A stretch of DNA of 64,000 nt from an uncultured Methylomirabilota bacterium (GCA_963845565.1 CAWJSJ010000002.1:1056001-1120000); one strand, 5' to 3'. Shown: positions 39,317 through 49,704, counted from the first letter of the stretch. Numbers and translations are program-made. Notes: generated by a model from the letters alone, not told the origin.

Positions 39317-40195
39317 ATGTACGCGCTCCAGGATGTCATCCAGTTCGTCTTCGCCGGGCTGACCAGCGGGGCCATCTACGCCATGGTCGCCATGGGGTTC
39401 GGCGTCGTCCACAACACCATGGGGATCGTGAACTTCACCCAGGTGGACTTCGTCTCGCTGGGCGGGATGTTCCTCTACGGCGCGCTGGTCGGCGCGAAGC
39501 TGCCGATGGCGGCGGCGCTGCTGGTGGCGGTGGCCGGGGTCACGCTGGCGGGGGCGCTGGTGGAATACCTGGGGCTCCGACCGTCGCGCTCGCGGCATCC
39601 CCTGATCCTCATCTTCCTCACCATCGGCCTCTCCATCATGTTGCGCGGCATCATGCAGGCGGTCTGGGGCAAGAACTCTCTGGCCGTGCCCCCGCTCCTG
39701 GGGGAGGAGCCGCTCACGATCCTGGGCGCCACCATTCTGCCCCAGGCCGTCTGGATCCTGATGATGACCGCCGTGGCCATCGGCCTCCTGGTGGTCTTCT
39801 TCCGAAAGACGACCGCGGGGCTCGCCATGCGGGGCGCGGCGTCGAACCCGACGGCGGCCGCCGTGGTGGGCCTGGTGGTCCCGCGGCTCCGGACGCTGAG
39901 TTTCGCCCTCGCGGGGTTTTTGGGTGGGCTGGCGGGTGTCCTGATCACGCCGATCACCACGCTTCGGTACGATATCGGCGTCCTGCTCGGCCTCAAGGGG
40001 TTCGCCGCGGCCATCCTGGGGGGATTCGGCTCGTTCCCCGGCGCCATCCTGGGAGGGGTCGCCCTGGGCCTACTGGAGTCGCTGGGTGCCGCCTATGTGA
40101 GCAGCGCCTGGAAGGACAGCATCGCCTTCGTCGTGCTCCTCTTGGTGCTCTTCGTCAGGCCGCACGGCCTGTTGGGAAAGGCGGTGCGGCCGTGA
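39317..40195 (+). CDS. LIV-type ABC permease, LivH-like
   Basis: GAIYAMVAMGF, IVNFTQ, KGFAAAILGG and RPHGLLG. Confidence 0.92.
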   Translation: MYALQDVIQFVFAGLTSGAIYAMVAMGFGVVHNTMGIVNFTQVDFVSLGGMFLYGALVGAKLPMAAALLVAVAGVTLAGALVEYLGLRPSRSRHPLILIFLTIGLSIMLRGIMQAVWGKNSLAVPPLLGEEPLTILGATILPQAVWILMMTAVAIGLLVVFFRKTTAGLAMRGAASNPTAAAVVGLVVPRLRTLSFALAGFLGGLAGVLITPITTLRYDIGVLLGLKGFAAAILGGFGSFPGAILGGVALGLLESLGAAYVSSAWKDSIAFVVLLLVLFVRPHGLLGKAVRP

Positions 40196-42018
40196 CGCGA
40201 CGAGTGCTGATGGGGAACGAGGCCATCGGGCGCGGGATCGTGGAGTGCGGATGCGCCGTGGCCACCTCGTATCCCGGGACGCCCGCCTCGGAGATCCTGG
40301 AGGCGGTGGTGGCCTTCTCGAAGGAGGCGGAACACCGGCTGCACGTCGAGTGGTCGGTGAACGAGAAGGTCGCCTATGAAGTCGCGCTGGCCGCCAGCTA
40401 CACCGGCAAGCGCGCCGCGGTCTCCATGAAGCAGGTGGGGCTGAACGTGGCCTCGGACCCCTTCATGCGGTCGGCCTATCTGGGGGTCAAGGGCGGGCTG
40501 CTGCTCGTCTCGGCCGACGACCCGGGCCCCCACAGCTCGCAGACCGAGCAGGACAGCCGATTCTTCGCCATGTTCGCCAAGATCCCGGTGCTCGATCCGT
40601 CCTGTCCCCGCGAGGCCAAGGAGATGGTCCGGCTGGCGTTCGAACTGTCGGAGGCGTACGAGATCCCGGTGATGCTCCGGCCGACGACGCGCGTCTGCCA
40701 CGCCCGGCAGGCCGTCCCGCTCCTCGACGTGGATCGGGACGGTCGCACGGCACGGTTCGAGAAAGATCCGAAGCGCTGGTGCGCCACGCCGCGGTTCGTC
40801 ACGGATCTGCATCGAGCGCTCACGGAGAAGCTCGCACGCCTGGCGGCCGATCCTCGGATCGCTCCGTCGTTCTTTCCGGGGGACGGGACGCGACCCGGGA
40901 CCTGCCTCGTCGGCTCGGGGGTGGCGTTCGCCCACGCCTGGGACGTCCTCGACGAGCTGGGCGTCACCGGAACGGTGGACCGCTACCAGGTCACGGTGCC
41001 GTACCCCCTGCCTCCGGACTTCGTCGCACGCGTGCAGGGGTACGAGCGGATCCTGGTCATCGAGGAGACGTATCCGGTGATCGAGATGCAGCTGACCGAT
41101 CGCCGGATCGCGGGCCGGGTGTCGAAGCTGGTCCCGAACGAGGGGGAACTCACGCCCGAGGTCATCCGACAGGTCCTCGCGACGTTTCTGGGCCTGGCGC
41201 CGTCGCCCCCCGTGGAGGGCCGCCGCCCGCCCGGCGCCCGCCCCACGCTCTGCGCGGGCTGCGGCCACCGCGCGGTCTACTACGCGATCAGCCAGACGTT
41301 CCCCCGGGGGATCTTCCCGGGCGACATCGGCTGCTACACGCTGGGGATGAACCTGGGGGCGGTGGACACCGTCCACTGCATGGGGGCGGGCATCAGCCAG
41401 GCGGCGGGTTTCTATCACGCGTACGCCCAGGACGGGACCGCGTTTCCCACCGTCGTGGCCACCATCGGCGACTCGACGTTCTTCCACTCCGGCATCCCGG
41501 CCCTGGTGAACGCCGCCTCCCAGCAGGCACGCATCATCGTGGTCATCCTGGACAACGGCACCACGGCGATGACCGGCCACCAGCCCACGCCCCAGCTCGG
41601 CGTCACCGCGACGGGCGCGCCCGCTCGACCGGTGTCCATCCGGGACCTCGTCCGCGCGTCGGGCGTGGCTTTTCTCCGGGAGGCGGACGCGTACGACGTC
41701 GACGCGTTCATCGGCTTGCTCCGCGAAGCGGACCGGTACTGCCGCGGCGAGAACGGCGGGGTCGCCGTCATCATCGCCTCCTCTCCGTGCGTGCTCTCCG
41801 GCGAGTCCGGGGCGGCCGGGACCGCGCACGCCGTGCGCGTGACCGAGGAGTGCAGCGGGTGCCGGGAATGCCTCGACATGTTCGAGTGCCCCGCCCTCGT
41901 CTGGGACGACGCGACGGGCACGGTCGGCATCGGGCGGGCCGCCTGCAACCAGTGCGGGGTCTGTCTCCACGTCTGCCCGACGGGGGCGATCGTGGCAGTC
42001 GCCGGGGGGGCGGGATGA
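40192..42018 (+). CDS. iorA: Indolepyruvate:ferredoxin oxidoreductase, alpha subunit
   Basis: MGNEAI.RG, YPGTP, NEKVA, MKQVGLNVA, CAGCGH, GDIGCY, IGDSTFFHSG and two C-terminal 4Fe-4S motifs. Confidence 0.95.
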   Translation: MTRRVLMGNEAIGRGIVECGCAVATSYPGTPASEILEAVVAFSKEAEHRLHVEWSVNEKVAYEVALAASYTGKRAAVSMKQVGLNVASDPFMRSAYLGVKGGLLLVSADDPGPHSSQTEQDSRFFAMFAKIPVLDPSCPREAKEMVRLAFELSEAYEIPVMLRPTTRVCHARQAVPLLDVDRDGRTARFEKDPKRWCATPRFVTDLHRALTEKLARLAADPRIAPSFFPGDGTRPGTCLVGSGVAFAHAWDVLDELGVTGTVDRYQVTVPYPLPPDFVARVQGYERILVIEETYPVIEMQLTDRRIAGRVSKLVPNEGELTPEVIRQVLATFLGLAPSPPVEGRRPPGARPTLCAGCGHRAVYYAISQTFPRGIFPGDIGCYTLGMNLGAVDTVHCMGAGISQAAGFYHAYAQDGTAFPTVVATIGDSTFFHSGIPALVNAASQQARIIVVILDNGTTAMTGHQPTPQLGVTATGAPARPVSIRDLVRASGVAFLREADAYDVDAFIGLLREADRYCRGENGGVAVIIASSPCVLSGESGAAGTAHAVRVTEECSGCRECLDMFECPALVWDDATGTVGIGRAACNQCGVCLHVCPTGAIVAVAGGAG

Positions 42019-42521
42019 GGCAGCGGATCGTCATCAGCGGCCGCGGGGGGCAAGGCGTCCTCACCCTGACGCGGGTGGTGGCCGAGGCGGCCGCCCTGGC
42101 GGGGCACGAGGTCATCACCACGGAAACGCACGGCATGGCCCAGCGGGGCGGGGCGGTCCTCTCCACGATCAAGGTCGGCGCGTTCCACGGCCCGCTCATC
42201 GCCCCGGGGGAGGCGGAGGTCGGCCTCTTTCTCCACGCGGACAATCTGCCGGTGCACGGCCACTACCTGCGGCCCGGGGGCGCCGTCGTCGTCAACGGGT
42301 GCGCCGCTCCCGGGCGCGACGCCGTGGATGCGGACCGGCTGGCCGGCCTGGCCGGCCAGCGCAGGGGCGCCAACCTCGCCCTGCTGGGCTACGCGGCCGG
42401 CAAGGGCGTCCTGTTTGCGGGGCCCGACCTTTTCGAGGAGACCATCCGACAGACCACGCCGGCGAAATACCTCGAAGGGAACCTGGGCGCCTTCCGGGCG
42501 GGCCTCGGGGCGTCGCGATGA
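42015..42521 (+). CDS. iorB: Indolepyruvate oxidoreductase, beta subunit
   Basis: GRGGQG, ETHGMAQRGG, NLALLG and NLGAFRAG. Confidence 0.9.
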   Translation: MRQRIVISGRGGQGVLTLTRVVAEAAALAGHEVITTETHGMAQRGGAVLSTIKVGAFHGPLIAPGEAEVGLFLHADNLPVHGHYLRPGGAVVVNGCAAPGRDAVDADRLAGLAGQRRGANLALLGYAAGKGVLFAGPDLFEETIRQTTPAKYLEGNLGAFRAGLGASR

Positions 42522-43522
42522 CGGCGCCGGCCGCTGCCATCGGCTACGCCGGGCGGCATCGCACGGGCCTCACGATCCTGGGCGTCTCGCTGGCCCTGGC
42601 GCTGGTGCCGCTCGTCCTCGCCAATCCGTGGCGGCTGGGGATCCTGAATCTCATCGCCCTCCACGCCATTGCGGCGCTGGGGCTCAACCTCTTCATCGGC
42701 TATGCCGGGCAGATCTCGCTGGGGCACGCCGCCTTCTTCGGGCTGGGGGCCTACGGCTCCGCCATACTCACCACGGCGGGCGGAATGCCGCCCTGGGCGG
42801 CCCTCCCGTTGACCGCGGCCGGCGTGGCACTGACCGCCCTGGTCGTCGGCATCCCGACGCTCAAGCTCTCGGGTCATTACCTGGCCATGGCGACGCTGGG
42901 TTTCAACGTCGTGGTTCACCACGCCTTCGTCCAGTGGGATGGCCTCACCGGCGGTCCCAGCGGGCTGACCGGCATCCCGGCGTTCGGGCTCCTGGGGATA
43001 ATGATTCAGGGGGAGGTGCCGCACTACTACCTGCTCTGGGGGACGGCAATGGTGGCGCTGACCCTGGCGGTCAACTTCGTCCGAAGCGGTGTGGGGCGGG
43101 GCCTCGCCGCCCTGGCGGCGGACGAGACGGCTGCTGCGGCCATGGGAGTCGATGTTCGCCGTGGGAAGATCGCGGTGTTCACCATCTCGGCGGTGTTCGC
43201 CTCGGTGGGGGGAAGCCTCTTCGCCCATTACCTGGGCACCATCACCCCGGACACGTTCGGCATCTTCGCCTCGATCGATCTCGTCATCATGGTGGTCGTC
43301 GGCGGCCTGGGATCCCTGTGGGGCAGCCTCGCCGGGGCCGCGTTCGTGACGGTCCTGCCGCATCTCCTGGGGCCCCTGGAGGGCTACAAGGACATCCTGC
43401 ATGGCGCGATCGTCGTGGTCGTGCTTCTGGTCCTGCCCCGGGGGCTCCTGACCGGCCTGGCAGACCTGGCGAAGGCGCAGATGGCCCGTCGCTGGTCCGC
43501 CCTGACCGGCCGGCCGGCCTGA
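42518..43522 (+). CDS. LIV-type ABC permease, LivM-like
   Basis: GYAGQISLGHAAFFGLGAY, GHYLAMATL and VVGGLGS. Confidence 0.92.
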   Translation: MTAPAAAIGYAGRHRTGLTILGVSLALALVPLVLANPWRLGILNLIALHAIAALGLNLFIGYAGQISLGHAAFFGLGAYGSAILTTAGGMPPWAALPLTAAGVALTALVVGIPTLKLSGHYLAMATLGFNVVVHHAFVQWDGLTGGPSGLTGIPAFGLLGIMIQGEVPHYYLLWGTAMVALTLAVNFVRSGVGRGLAALAADETAAAAMGVDVRRGKIAVFTISAVFASVGGSLFAHYLGTITPDTFGIFASIDLVIMVVVGGLGSLWGSLAGAAFVTVLPHLLGPLEGYKDILHGAIVVVVLLVLPRGLLTGLADLAKAQMARRWSALTGRPA

Positions 43523-43531
43523 GGTATACGC

Positions 43532-44323
43532 GTGACCAGCGTCGCATCCGCGCAGCGGCTCCTGGAGATCACGGGCCTGACAAAGCATTTCGGCGGGCTC
43601 CCGGCGCTCCACGAGGTGGGATTCGCGGTGGAGCGGGGGACGGTGACGGCGCTCATCGGCCCCAACGGCGCCGGCAAGACGACGCTCATCAACTGCCTGA
43701 CCGGCGTCCTGCAACCGGACCGCGGGGCGATGGCGTTCGACGGCCACGCGCTGTCGGGGTTGCCCCCGCACCGGATCGCCAGGCTGGGGATCGCTCGCAC
43801 CTTTCAGAACCTGCGTCTCTTTGCGGCCCTGTCGGTCCTGGACAACGTGCTGTGCGGGCTGTCGGCCCAAGCCGGAGACTCGTTCGTGGAGGCCTTCGTG
43901 CGGACGCCCGCGCTGCGCCACCGCGAGCGGCGACTCCGGCTCACCGCCCTGGAGGCGCTGGACACCTTCGGCCTGGCGGATCGCGCCGCCGTCCCGGCCG
44001 ATGCGCTGTCCTACGGCGAGAAGAAGCGGCTGGACCTGGCGCGGGCGTTCGTCTCGAACCCCACGCTGGTGCTCCTGGACGAACCGGTGGCCGGGCTCAA
44101 TCCGGACGAGACCGAGAGGGTGGGGGCGCTCATCCGACAGATGCGGCGCCGGGGCGCCACGCTGCTTCTGGTAGAGCACGACATGGACCTCGTGATGTCG
44201 GTCTCTGACCGGGTGGTCGTGCTGGACGGTGGGCGGCGGATCGCTGAGGGCACGCCGGACGACGTGCGGCGCAATCCCCTGGTCCTCGAAGCGTATCTGG
44301 GCAAGGTGAGTTTGACGGCATGA
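43532..44323 (+). CDS. LIV-type ABC ATPase, LivG-like
   Basis: GPNGAGKTT, RTFQN, LDEPVAG and VEHDM. Confidence 0.92.
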   Translation: MTSVASAQRLLEITGLTKHFGGLPALHEVGFAVERGTVTALIGPNGAGKTTLINCLTGVLQPDRGAMAFDGHALSGLPPHRIARLGIARTFQNLRLFAALSVLDNVLCGLSAQAGDSFVEAFVRTPALRHRERRLRLTALEALDTFGLADRAAVPADALSYGEKKRLDLARAFVSNPTLVLLDEPVAGLNPDETERVGALIRQMRRRGATLLLVEHDMDLVMSVSDRVVVLDGGRRIAEGTPDDVRRNPLVLEAYLGKVSLTA

Positions 44324-46434
44324 CAGACCTGGAACCGCGGAAGACGCTGCTCGAGATCGAGGGGTTGACCCTCCACTACGGGGCCGCCCAGGCCCTCTTC
44401 GGCATCGACCTCCGGGTTGCGGCAGGAGAGACCGTCGCGATCGTGGGGGCCAACGGTGCGGGGAAGTCGAGCCTCCTCCGGGCGATCACCGGCCTGGTGC
44501 CTCCCTCGGGCGGCCGCGTCCTGCTGGATGGCCGGGATGTGACCGGGCATCCGCCGTCGCGCATGGCGGCGCTGGGGGTGACCCTCTCGCCGGAAGGGCG
44601 CGAGATGTTCAGCGACCTCAGTGTCCGGGAGAACCTCGTGCTGGGCGCGCTGGCCAGCGCGCCGGACAAGGCGGAACTGGGGCGCCGGCTGGAGGAGGTG
44701 TTCCGACGGTTTCCCAAGCTCCGGGAGCGGTCCGGTCAACCCACCGCCACGCTGTCCGGGGGCGAGCAGCAGATGGTGGCCATCGGGCGGGCGCTGATGG
44801 CCCGGCCACGGCTCTTGCTCCTGGACGAGCCGAGCCTGGGTCTCGCGCCGCTGGTGACCGACGAGATCTTCGACATCATCCACCAGCTCGCGCGCGCCGG
44901 GACCACCATCCTGCTGGTGGAACAGAATGCCGCCCGGGCGCTGACGGCGTCCGGCACGGCCCACCTCCTCGCCAACGGTCGCATCGTCCGCTCGGGGAGG
45001 AGCGAGGCGCTGCTGGTCCATCCGGAGCTGCGCCGCGCGTTCCTGGGGGCGGCCTCCAAGAACAATCCCGCGCAGAGTCGCCTGGGAGCCGCCGGTTTGA
45101 CCAATATCCTACTGGAGAAGCCCGACATGAGCCGACTGTCCTTCATGCCCCCGTTCACCTCCGAGGACGCCCTCCGCGCCCACCAGCTTGCGGGTCTCGC
45201 CTGGACCGTGCGGCACGCCCGGGAAGGCTCGCCGTTCTACCGGGAACGGTTGGACGCGACCGGGATCGGCCCCGACGACATGCGCGCGCTGGAGGATGTC
45301 GCCAAGCTTCCACTGACCACCGCCGACGACCTCCGGGACCACTATCCGTTTCCGCTCCGCGCCGTCCCGTACGAGCAGATCGTGCGGATCCATTCGTCGT
45401 CGGGGACCACCGGCAAGCGGAAGATCCTGTGCTACACCCAGAAGGACGTGGATGACTGGGCCCACTTTTTCGCGCGGTGCTACGAGATGGCCGGCGTGAC
45501 GCCGCTCGATCGGGTCCAGATCGCGGTCGGGTACGGCCTGTGGACGGCCGGCGTGGGCTTCCAGGCGGGGTGCGAGCGAATCGGCGCCATGGCGGTGCCC
45601 ACCGGCCCGGGAAACCTGGACCTGCAGTGCGAGTTCCTGGTGGACCTCCAGTCCACGGTCCTGTGCTGCACCGCCTCGATGGGGCTCCTGTTGGCCGAGG
45701 AGATCCACAAGCGGGGCCTGGCGGAGAAGATCAACCTCAAAAAGGTCATCTACGGCTCGGAGCGGTCGTCGCGGTCGATGCGGAAGAGGATCTCGGATCT
45801 CCTGGGGGGCGCCGAGCTCTTCGACATCCCAGGCCTCACCGAGCTCTACGGCCCGGGCACGGGGATCGAGTGCCCGCACCACGACTGCATCCACTACTGG
45901 GCCGATTATTACCTGCTGGAGATCCTCGATCCCGATACGCTGCAACCGGTGCCGCCCGGCGAGTGGGGCGAGATGGTGGTCACCACGCTGGCGAAAGAGG
46001 GGGCGCCGCTCATCCGGTACCGGACCCGCGACGTCACCCGGATCATCCCGGGGGCCTGCACGTGCGGGTCGATCCTCCCGCGCCATTCGAGGATCCGGGG
46101 GCGGACCGACGACGTGTTCAAGTTCCGGGGCGTGAACATTTACCCGTCGACCATCGACGCGATCTTGTCGTCCATTCCCGGTCTCGGCTCGGAGTACCAG
46201 ATCCACCTCACTCGCGATGCCGAGCTGCGCGAACGCATGCGTTTGGTCGCGGAACGGGGCCCCGGAGTGGAGTCGAAGCGGAGCGACGAGCTTCAGCGCG
46301 AGATCGTCCATAACATCAAGCGGCGGGTCATGGTGACCGCCGATGTCGAGGTGGCAGAGTACGGGTCTTTGCCCCGATCCGAGCGCAAGACGCAGCGTGT
46401 GTTTGATACGCGCATCCAGGATCCGATCGTCTAG
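44320..46434 (+). CDS. LivF-like ABC ATPase fused in frame to phenylacetate-CoA ligase (PaaK-like)
   Basis: aa 1-243 carry GANGAGKS, LSGGEQQM and DEPSLGLAP. aa ~270-704 carry HSSSGTTGK, GYGLWTAG, PLIRYRTRD, GRTDD..FRGVNIYP and SERK. Confidence 0.9.
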   Translation: MTDLEPRKTLLEIEGLTLHYGAAQALFGIDLRVAAGETVAIVGANGAGKSSLLRAITGLVPPSGGRVLLDGRDVTGHPPSRMAALGVTLSPEGREMFSDLSVRENLVLGALASAPDKAELGRRLEEVFRRFPKLRERSGQPTATLSGGEQQMVAIGRALMARPRLLLLDEPSLGLAPLVTDEIFDIIHQLARAGTTILLVEQNAARALTASGTAHLLANGRIVRSGRSEALLVHPELRRAFLGAASKNNPAQSRLGAAGLTNILLEKPDMSRLSFMPPFTSEDALRAHQLAGLAWTVRHAREGSPFYRERLDATGIGPDDMRALEDVAKLPLTTADDLRDHYPFPLRAVPYEQIVRIHSSSGTTGKRKILCYTQKDVDDWAHFFARCYEMAGVTPLDRVQIAVGYGLWTAGVGFQAGCERIGAMAVPTGPGNLDLQCEFLVDLQSTVLCCTASMGLLLAEEIHKRGLAEKINLKKVIYGSERSSRSMRKRISDLLGGAELFDIPGLTELYGPGTGIECPHHDCIHYWADYYLLEILDPDTLQPVPPGEWGEMVVTTLAKEGAPLIRYRTRDVTRIIPGACTCGSILPRHSRIRGRTDDVFKFRGVNIYPSTIDAILSSIPGLGSEYQIHLTRDAELRERMRLVAERGPGVESKRSDELQREIVHNIKRRVMVTADVEVAEYGSLPRSERKTQRVFDTRIQDPIV

Positions 46435-46586
46435 GCGGCTGCTGAAAAAGGCCCATCTGCTGCGTTGGGCCGCTTAGGCGCTCGTTGCGGCGTACCTGGG
46501 GTACGCCTCACTCGGCCTTGCGCGTCCCGCCTTGCATCTGGACCTTTTTGAGCAGCCTAGGGGAAAGCGGGTTTTGCCGAATCCTG
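46435..46586 (+). mobile_element. MITE-like family A, copy 6
   Basis: Flanked by CTAG on both sides (46431-46434 and 46587-46590); inner IR ends 46559, outer end ...ATCCTG. Confidence 0.88.
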
Positions 46587-46620
46587 CTAGGCATCTAACC
46601 TGTAAGAGGGGGGAATGGTC

Positions 46621-47781
46621 ATGAAAACGCGGATCGTCGTCATCGTTGCGCTGGTCCTATGCTGTGTCAGCTCGGCGTCGTTCGCCGGAGAATCCATCAA
46701 GGTGGGGGCCTTCTTCGCCCTGTCCGGGCCCGCCGCCAACATCGGCACGCCCACGAAGCTGGTGGCCCAGATGGCCGTGGACAAGATCAACAAGGAAGGC
46801 GGCATCAATGGCCGCCCCATCGAGCTGGTCATCGGCGACACGGAGAGCGATCCGGCCAAGGCGGCGGTCATCGCCAAGAAGTTCATCTTCAACGACAAGG
46901 TCGCGGCGATCATCGGCCCCACCACCACCGCGGAGGGAATGAGCGTCAAAAAGATCGTCGAGGAGGCGGGGGTGCCGACCTTCATGGCCGTCGGCGGCGA
47001 CCCGGTGATCATGGGGGGCAATTTCGGCGCCTACACCTATGTGTTCAAGTCGCCGCAGCGCTCGTCCACCGCGGTCCGGAAGCTCTATGGCTACCTCAAG
47101 ACCAAGGGGCTCACCAAGATCGCGCTCTTCACCGCATCGGATTCGTTCGGGAAGGACGGGCTGGGCTGGCTGGAGAGGCTCGCACCGGAGTTCGGCATCA
47201 CGTTGGCAGCCAAAGAGTCGTTCGGTCCGGCCGACACCGATATGACGGCCCAGTTGACCAAGATCCGGAATGCCGCACCGCAGGCGATCGTCAGCTGGAC
47301 GATCGGTCCGGTGGGATCCATCGTGGCCAAGAACAAGGCCCAGCTCGGCATCACGACGCCGCTCTTCCAGTGCCACGGGCTCCCCGATCCGAAATACATC
47401 GAGCTGGCAGGCAAGGCGTCGGAGGGGGACCGCATGCCGGCCACCAAGCTCATGGTGGGGGACGCGTTGCCGGGTTCGGACCCCCAGAAAAAAGTCATCA
47501 CGGATTTCATCGCCCTCTACCGCGACGTCTACAAGTACGACAAGGAGTTCCCCATCAACACGCACTCGGGGTACGCCTGGGACGCGATCAGCATCGTGGC
47601 CAACGCCATGAAGAAGGCCGGGACAGATCCCAAGGCGCTGCGCGCGGCCATCGAGCAGACCACGGGCTACGTGGGGATCTCCGGCGTGTACAACCTGACC
47701 GCCGAGGACCATAACGGCTTGGACGTGGACTCCATGGTCATGGTGCAGGTGAAGGACGGGAAGTTCGTCCCGGCGGAGTAA
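46621..47781 (+). CDS. LIV-type ABC substrate-binding protein
   Basis: Signal peptide; IKVGAFFALSGPAA, INKEGGINGRPIEL and GVYNLTAEDHNG. Confidence 0.92.
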   Translation: MKTRIVVIVALVLCCVSSASFAGESIKVGAFFALSGPAANIGTPTKLVAQMAVDKINKEGGINGRPIELVIGDTESDPAKAAVIAKKFIFNDKVAAIIGPTTTAEGMSVKKIVEEAGVPTFMAVGGDPVIMGGNFGAYTYVFKSPQRSSTAVRKLYGYLKTKGLTKIALFTASDSFGKDGLGWLERLAPEFGITLAAKESFGPADTDMTAQLTKIRNAAPQAIVSWTIGPVGSIVAKNKAQLGITTPLFQCHGLPDPKYIELAGKASEGDRMPATKLMVGDALPGSDPQKKVITDFIALYRDVYKYDKEFPINTHSGYAWDAISIVANAMKKAGTDPKALRAAIEQTTGYVGISGVYNLTAEDHNGLDVDSMVMVQVKDGKFVPAE

Positions 47782-49628
47782 TGGCGGCAGGAGGTGTGGT
47801 GGAAAACGTTCGGCGCATCGTGAAGCGGATGTGGGGCTACGATGCCCTGCTTCCGCTGCAGGAAGAGGCCATCGGCGCGGTCTTGGCCCGGCGGGACTCC
47901 ATCGTCATCCTGCCGACGGGCGGCGGCAAGTCGCTCTGTTACCAGGCGCCGGCGGCTGCCCTGGGGAAGCTGGCGGTGGTGGTGTCGCCGCTGATCTCGC
48001 TGATGAAGGATCAGGTGGATGGCCTCACCGCCGCCGGGGTGCCGGCGGCGCTCCTGAACAGCAGCCTGACGGCCGAGGAGCGGCGCCGGGTCGAGGCGGA
48101 GGTCGCCCGGGGCAAGTACCACCTCCTGTATGTTGCGCCGGAGCGGCTGGTGCTGCCGACCTGCCTGGGGTTGCTCAGGCGGGCCGGCGTGGCGTTCTTC
48201 GCGATTGACGAGGCCCACTGCATCAGCCAGTGGGGACACGACTTCCGGCCGGAATACCGGCAGCTCGCCGTTCTGCGAGACGCCTTTCCGGACGCGGCCA
48301 TCCATGCCTTCACGGCCACCGCCACACCGCGGGTGCGGACGGACATTGCCGCCGAGTTGGCGCTGCGTGACCCTGCGATCCTGGTTGGGAGCTTCGACCG
48401 CCCGAACTTGGTCTATCGGGTCCGCCAGCGCACGGACCGGCTGCGGCAGATCACCGAGGCGCTGGAGCGGCACCGGGGAGAGGCCGGGATCATTTACTGC
48501 ATCCGGCGGGCGGAGGTGGATCAGCTCGCCGATGCGCTCCGCCGCCGCGGCATCCGGGCCGTGGCGTATCACGCCGGGCTGGGAGACGATCTGCGCAAGC
48601 GCGCCCAGGACGACTTCATCACGGAGCGGGCGGATGTGGTGGTGGCCACGGTGGCGTTCGGGATGGGGATAGACCGGTCCGACGTCCGGTTCGTGATCCA
48701 CGCCGGCATGCCCAAATCCATCGAGCACTATCAGCAGGAGGCGGGCCGGGCCGGGCGGGACGGGCTGCCGGCCGAGTGCCTGCTGCTCTATTCCGGCGGC
48801 GACTACGGCCTGTGGCGGTCCATCCTGATGGCCGAGGGGCTTCCGGCGCCCGGTGCCATCCCGAAACTCGGCGAGATGTACGACTACTGCCAGCAGGCCG
48901 TCTGCCGACACCGTGCCCTGGTGGAGTACTTCGGCCAATCCTACGGCGACGCGCCGTGCGGGGCCTGCGACGTCTGCCTGGGCGAGGTGACGACCGAGGA
49001 CGGCTCGACGGCGCTGGCCGGGCAGATTCTCGCCTGCGTCGTCGAAATGGGGGAGGGGTTCGGGGCCGACTACGTGGCGGATGTTCTCCGGGGGGCCGAG
49101 ACCGCCCGGATCGCCCGGATGCGCCACGAACGGCTGGAGGCCTACGGACTGCTGCGCCAGGTCCCCAAGGCGACCGTCCGGAACTGGATCGCGCAACTCG
49201 AGGGCCAAGGGTGCCTGGTCCGCGAGGGGGACGAGTACCCGACGCTCGGCGTGACCACGCAGGGCCATCGAGTCCGGCGAGGCGAGGAGACCGTGTCGCT
49301 TCTCCGGACGATCGCTCGCCCCGCGCCCCGCGCCCCGCGCCCCGTTCCGGCCGCGGCCGCGGCCGGCGCGACGAGCGACGAGGAGCTGTTCGAAACGCTG
49401 CGCGCCCTCCGCCGGACCATGGCCGAGGAGCGGGGCATCCCACCGTATCTCATCTTCAACGACGCCAGTCTTCGCGAGATGGCTCGCGAACGCCCTACCA
49501 CCGAGGAAGCGTTCCTGCAGGTCAAGGGAGTGGGTCTGCGCAAGCTCCAGGAGCTCGGCCCGCGCTTCCTGGCGTGTATCCGAGCACAACCAGAGGAGCG
49601 CGCGAACACCGCTCCGTCTTCTCCCTGA
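47781..49628 (+). CDS. recQ: ATP-dependent DNA helicase RecQ
   Basis: PTGGGKSLCYQ, DEAHCISQWGHDFRPEY, QEAGRAGRDG, RQC cysteines and HRDC domain (PPYLIFND). Confidence 0.96.
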   Translation: MAAGGVVENVRRIVKRMWGYDALLPLQEEAIGAVLARRDSIVILPTGGGKSLCYQAPAAALGKLAVVVSPLISLMKDQVDGLTAAGVPAALLNSSLTAEERRRVEAEVARGKYHLLYVAPERLVLPTCLGLLRRAGVAFFAIDEAHCISQWGHDFRPEYRQLAVLRDAFPDAAIHAFTATATPRVRTDIAAELALRDPAILVGSFDRPNLVYRVRQRTDRLRQITEALERHRGEAGIIYCIRRAEVDQLADALRRRGIRAVAYHAGLGDDLRKRAQDDFITERADVVVATVAFGMGIDRSDVRFVIHAGMPKSIEHYQQEAGRAGRDGLPAECLLLYSGGDYGLWRSILMAEGLPAPGAIPKLGEMYDYCQQAVCRHRALVEYFGQSYGDAPCGACDVCLGEVTTEDGSTALAGQILACVVEMGEGFGADYVADVLRGAETARIARMRHERLEAYGLLRQVPKATVRNWIAQLEGQGCLVREGDEYPTLGVTTQGHRVRRGEETVSLLRTIARPAPRAPRPVPAAAAAGATSDEELFETLRALRRTMAEERGIPPYLIFNDASLREMARERPTTEEAFLQVKGVGLRKLQELGPRFLACIRAQPEERANTAPSSP

Positions 49629-49688
49629 TCTGCCCCGCCCTCGCCCTGCCGCGATGGATACCCACCGGATTGGCCATGCCGTCCGGTG

Positions 49689-49704
49689 TGGCACTGCTTA
49701 TGCA
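49689..49704 (+). promoter_or_regulatory. Putative sigma54 promoter upstream of the coiled-coil-PilZ gene
   Basis: TGGCAC-TGCTT-ATGCA in an AT-rich intergenic region. Confidence 0.6.
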
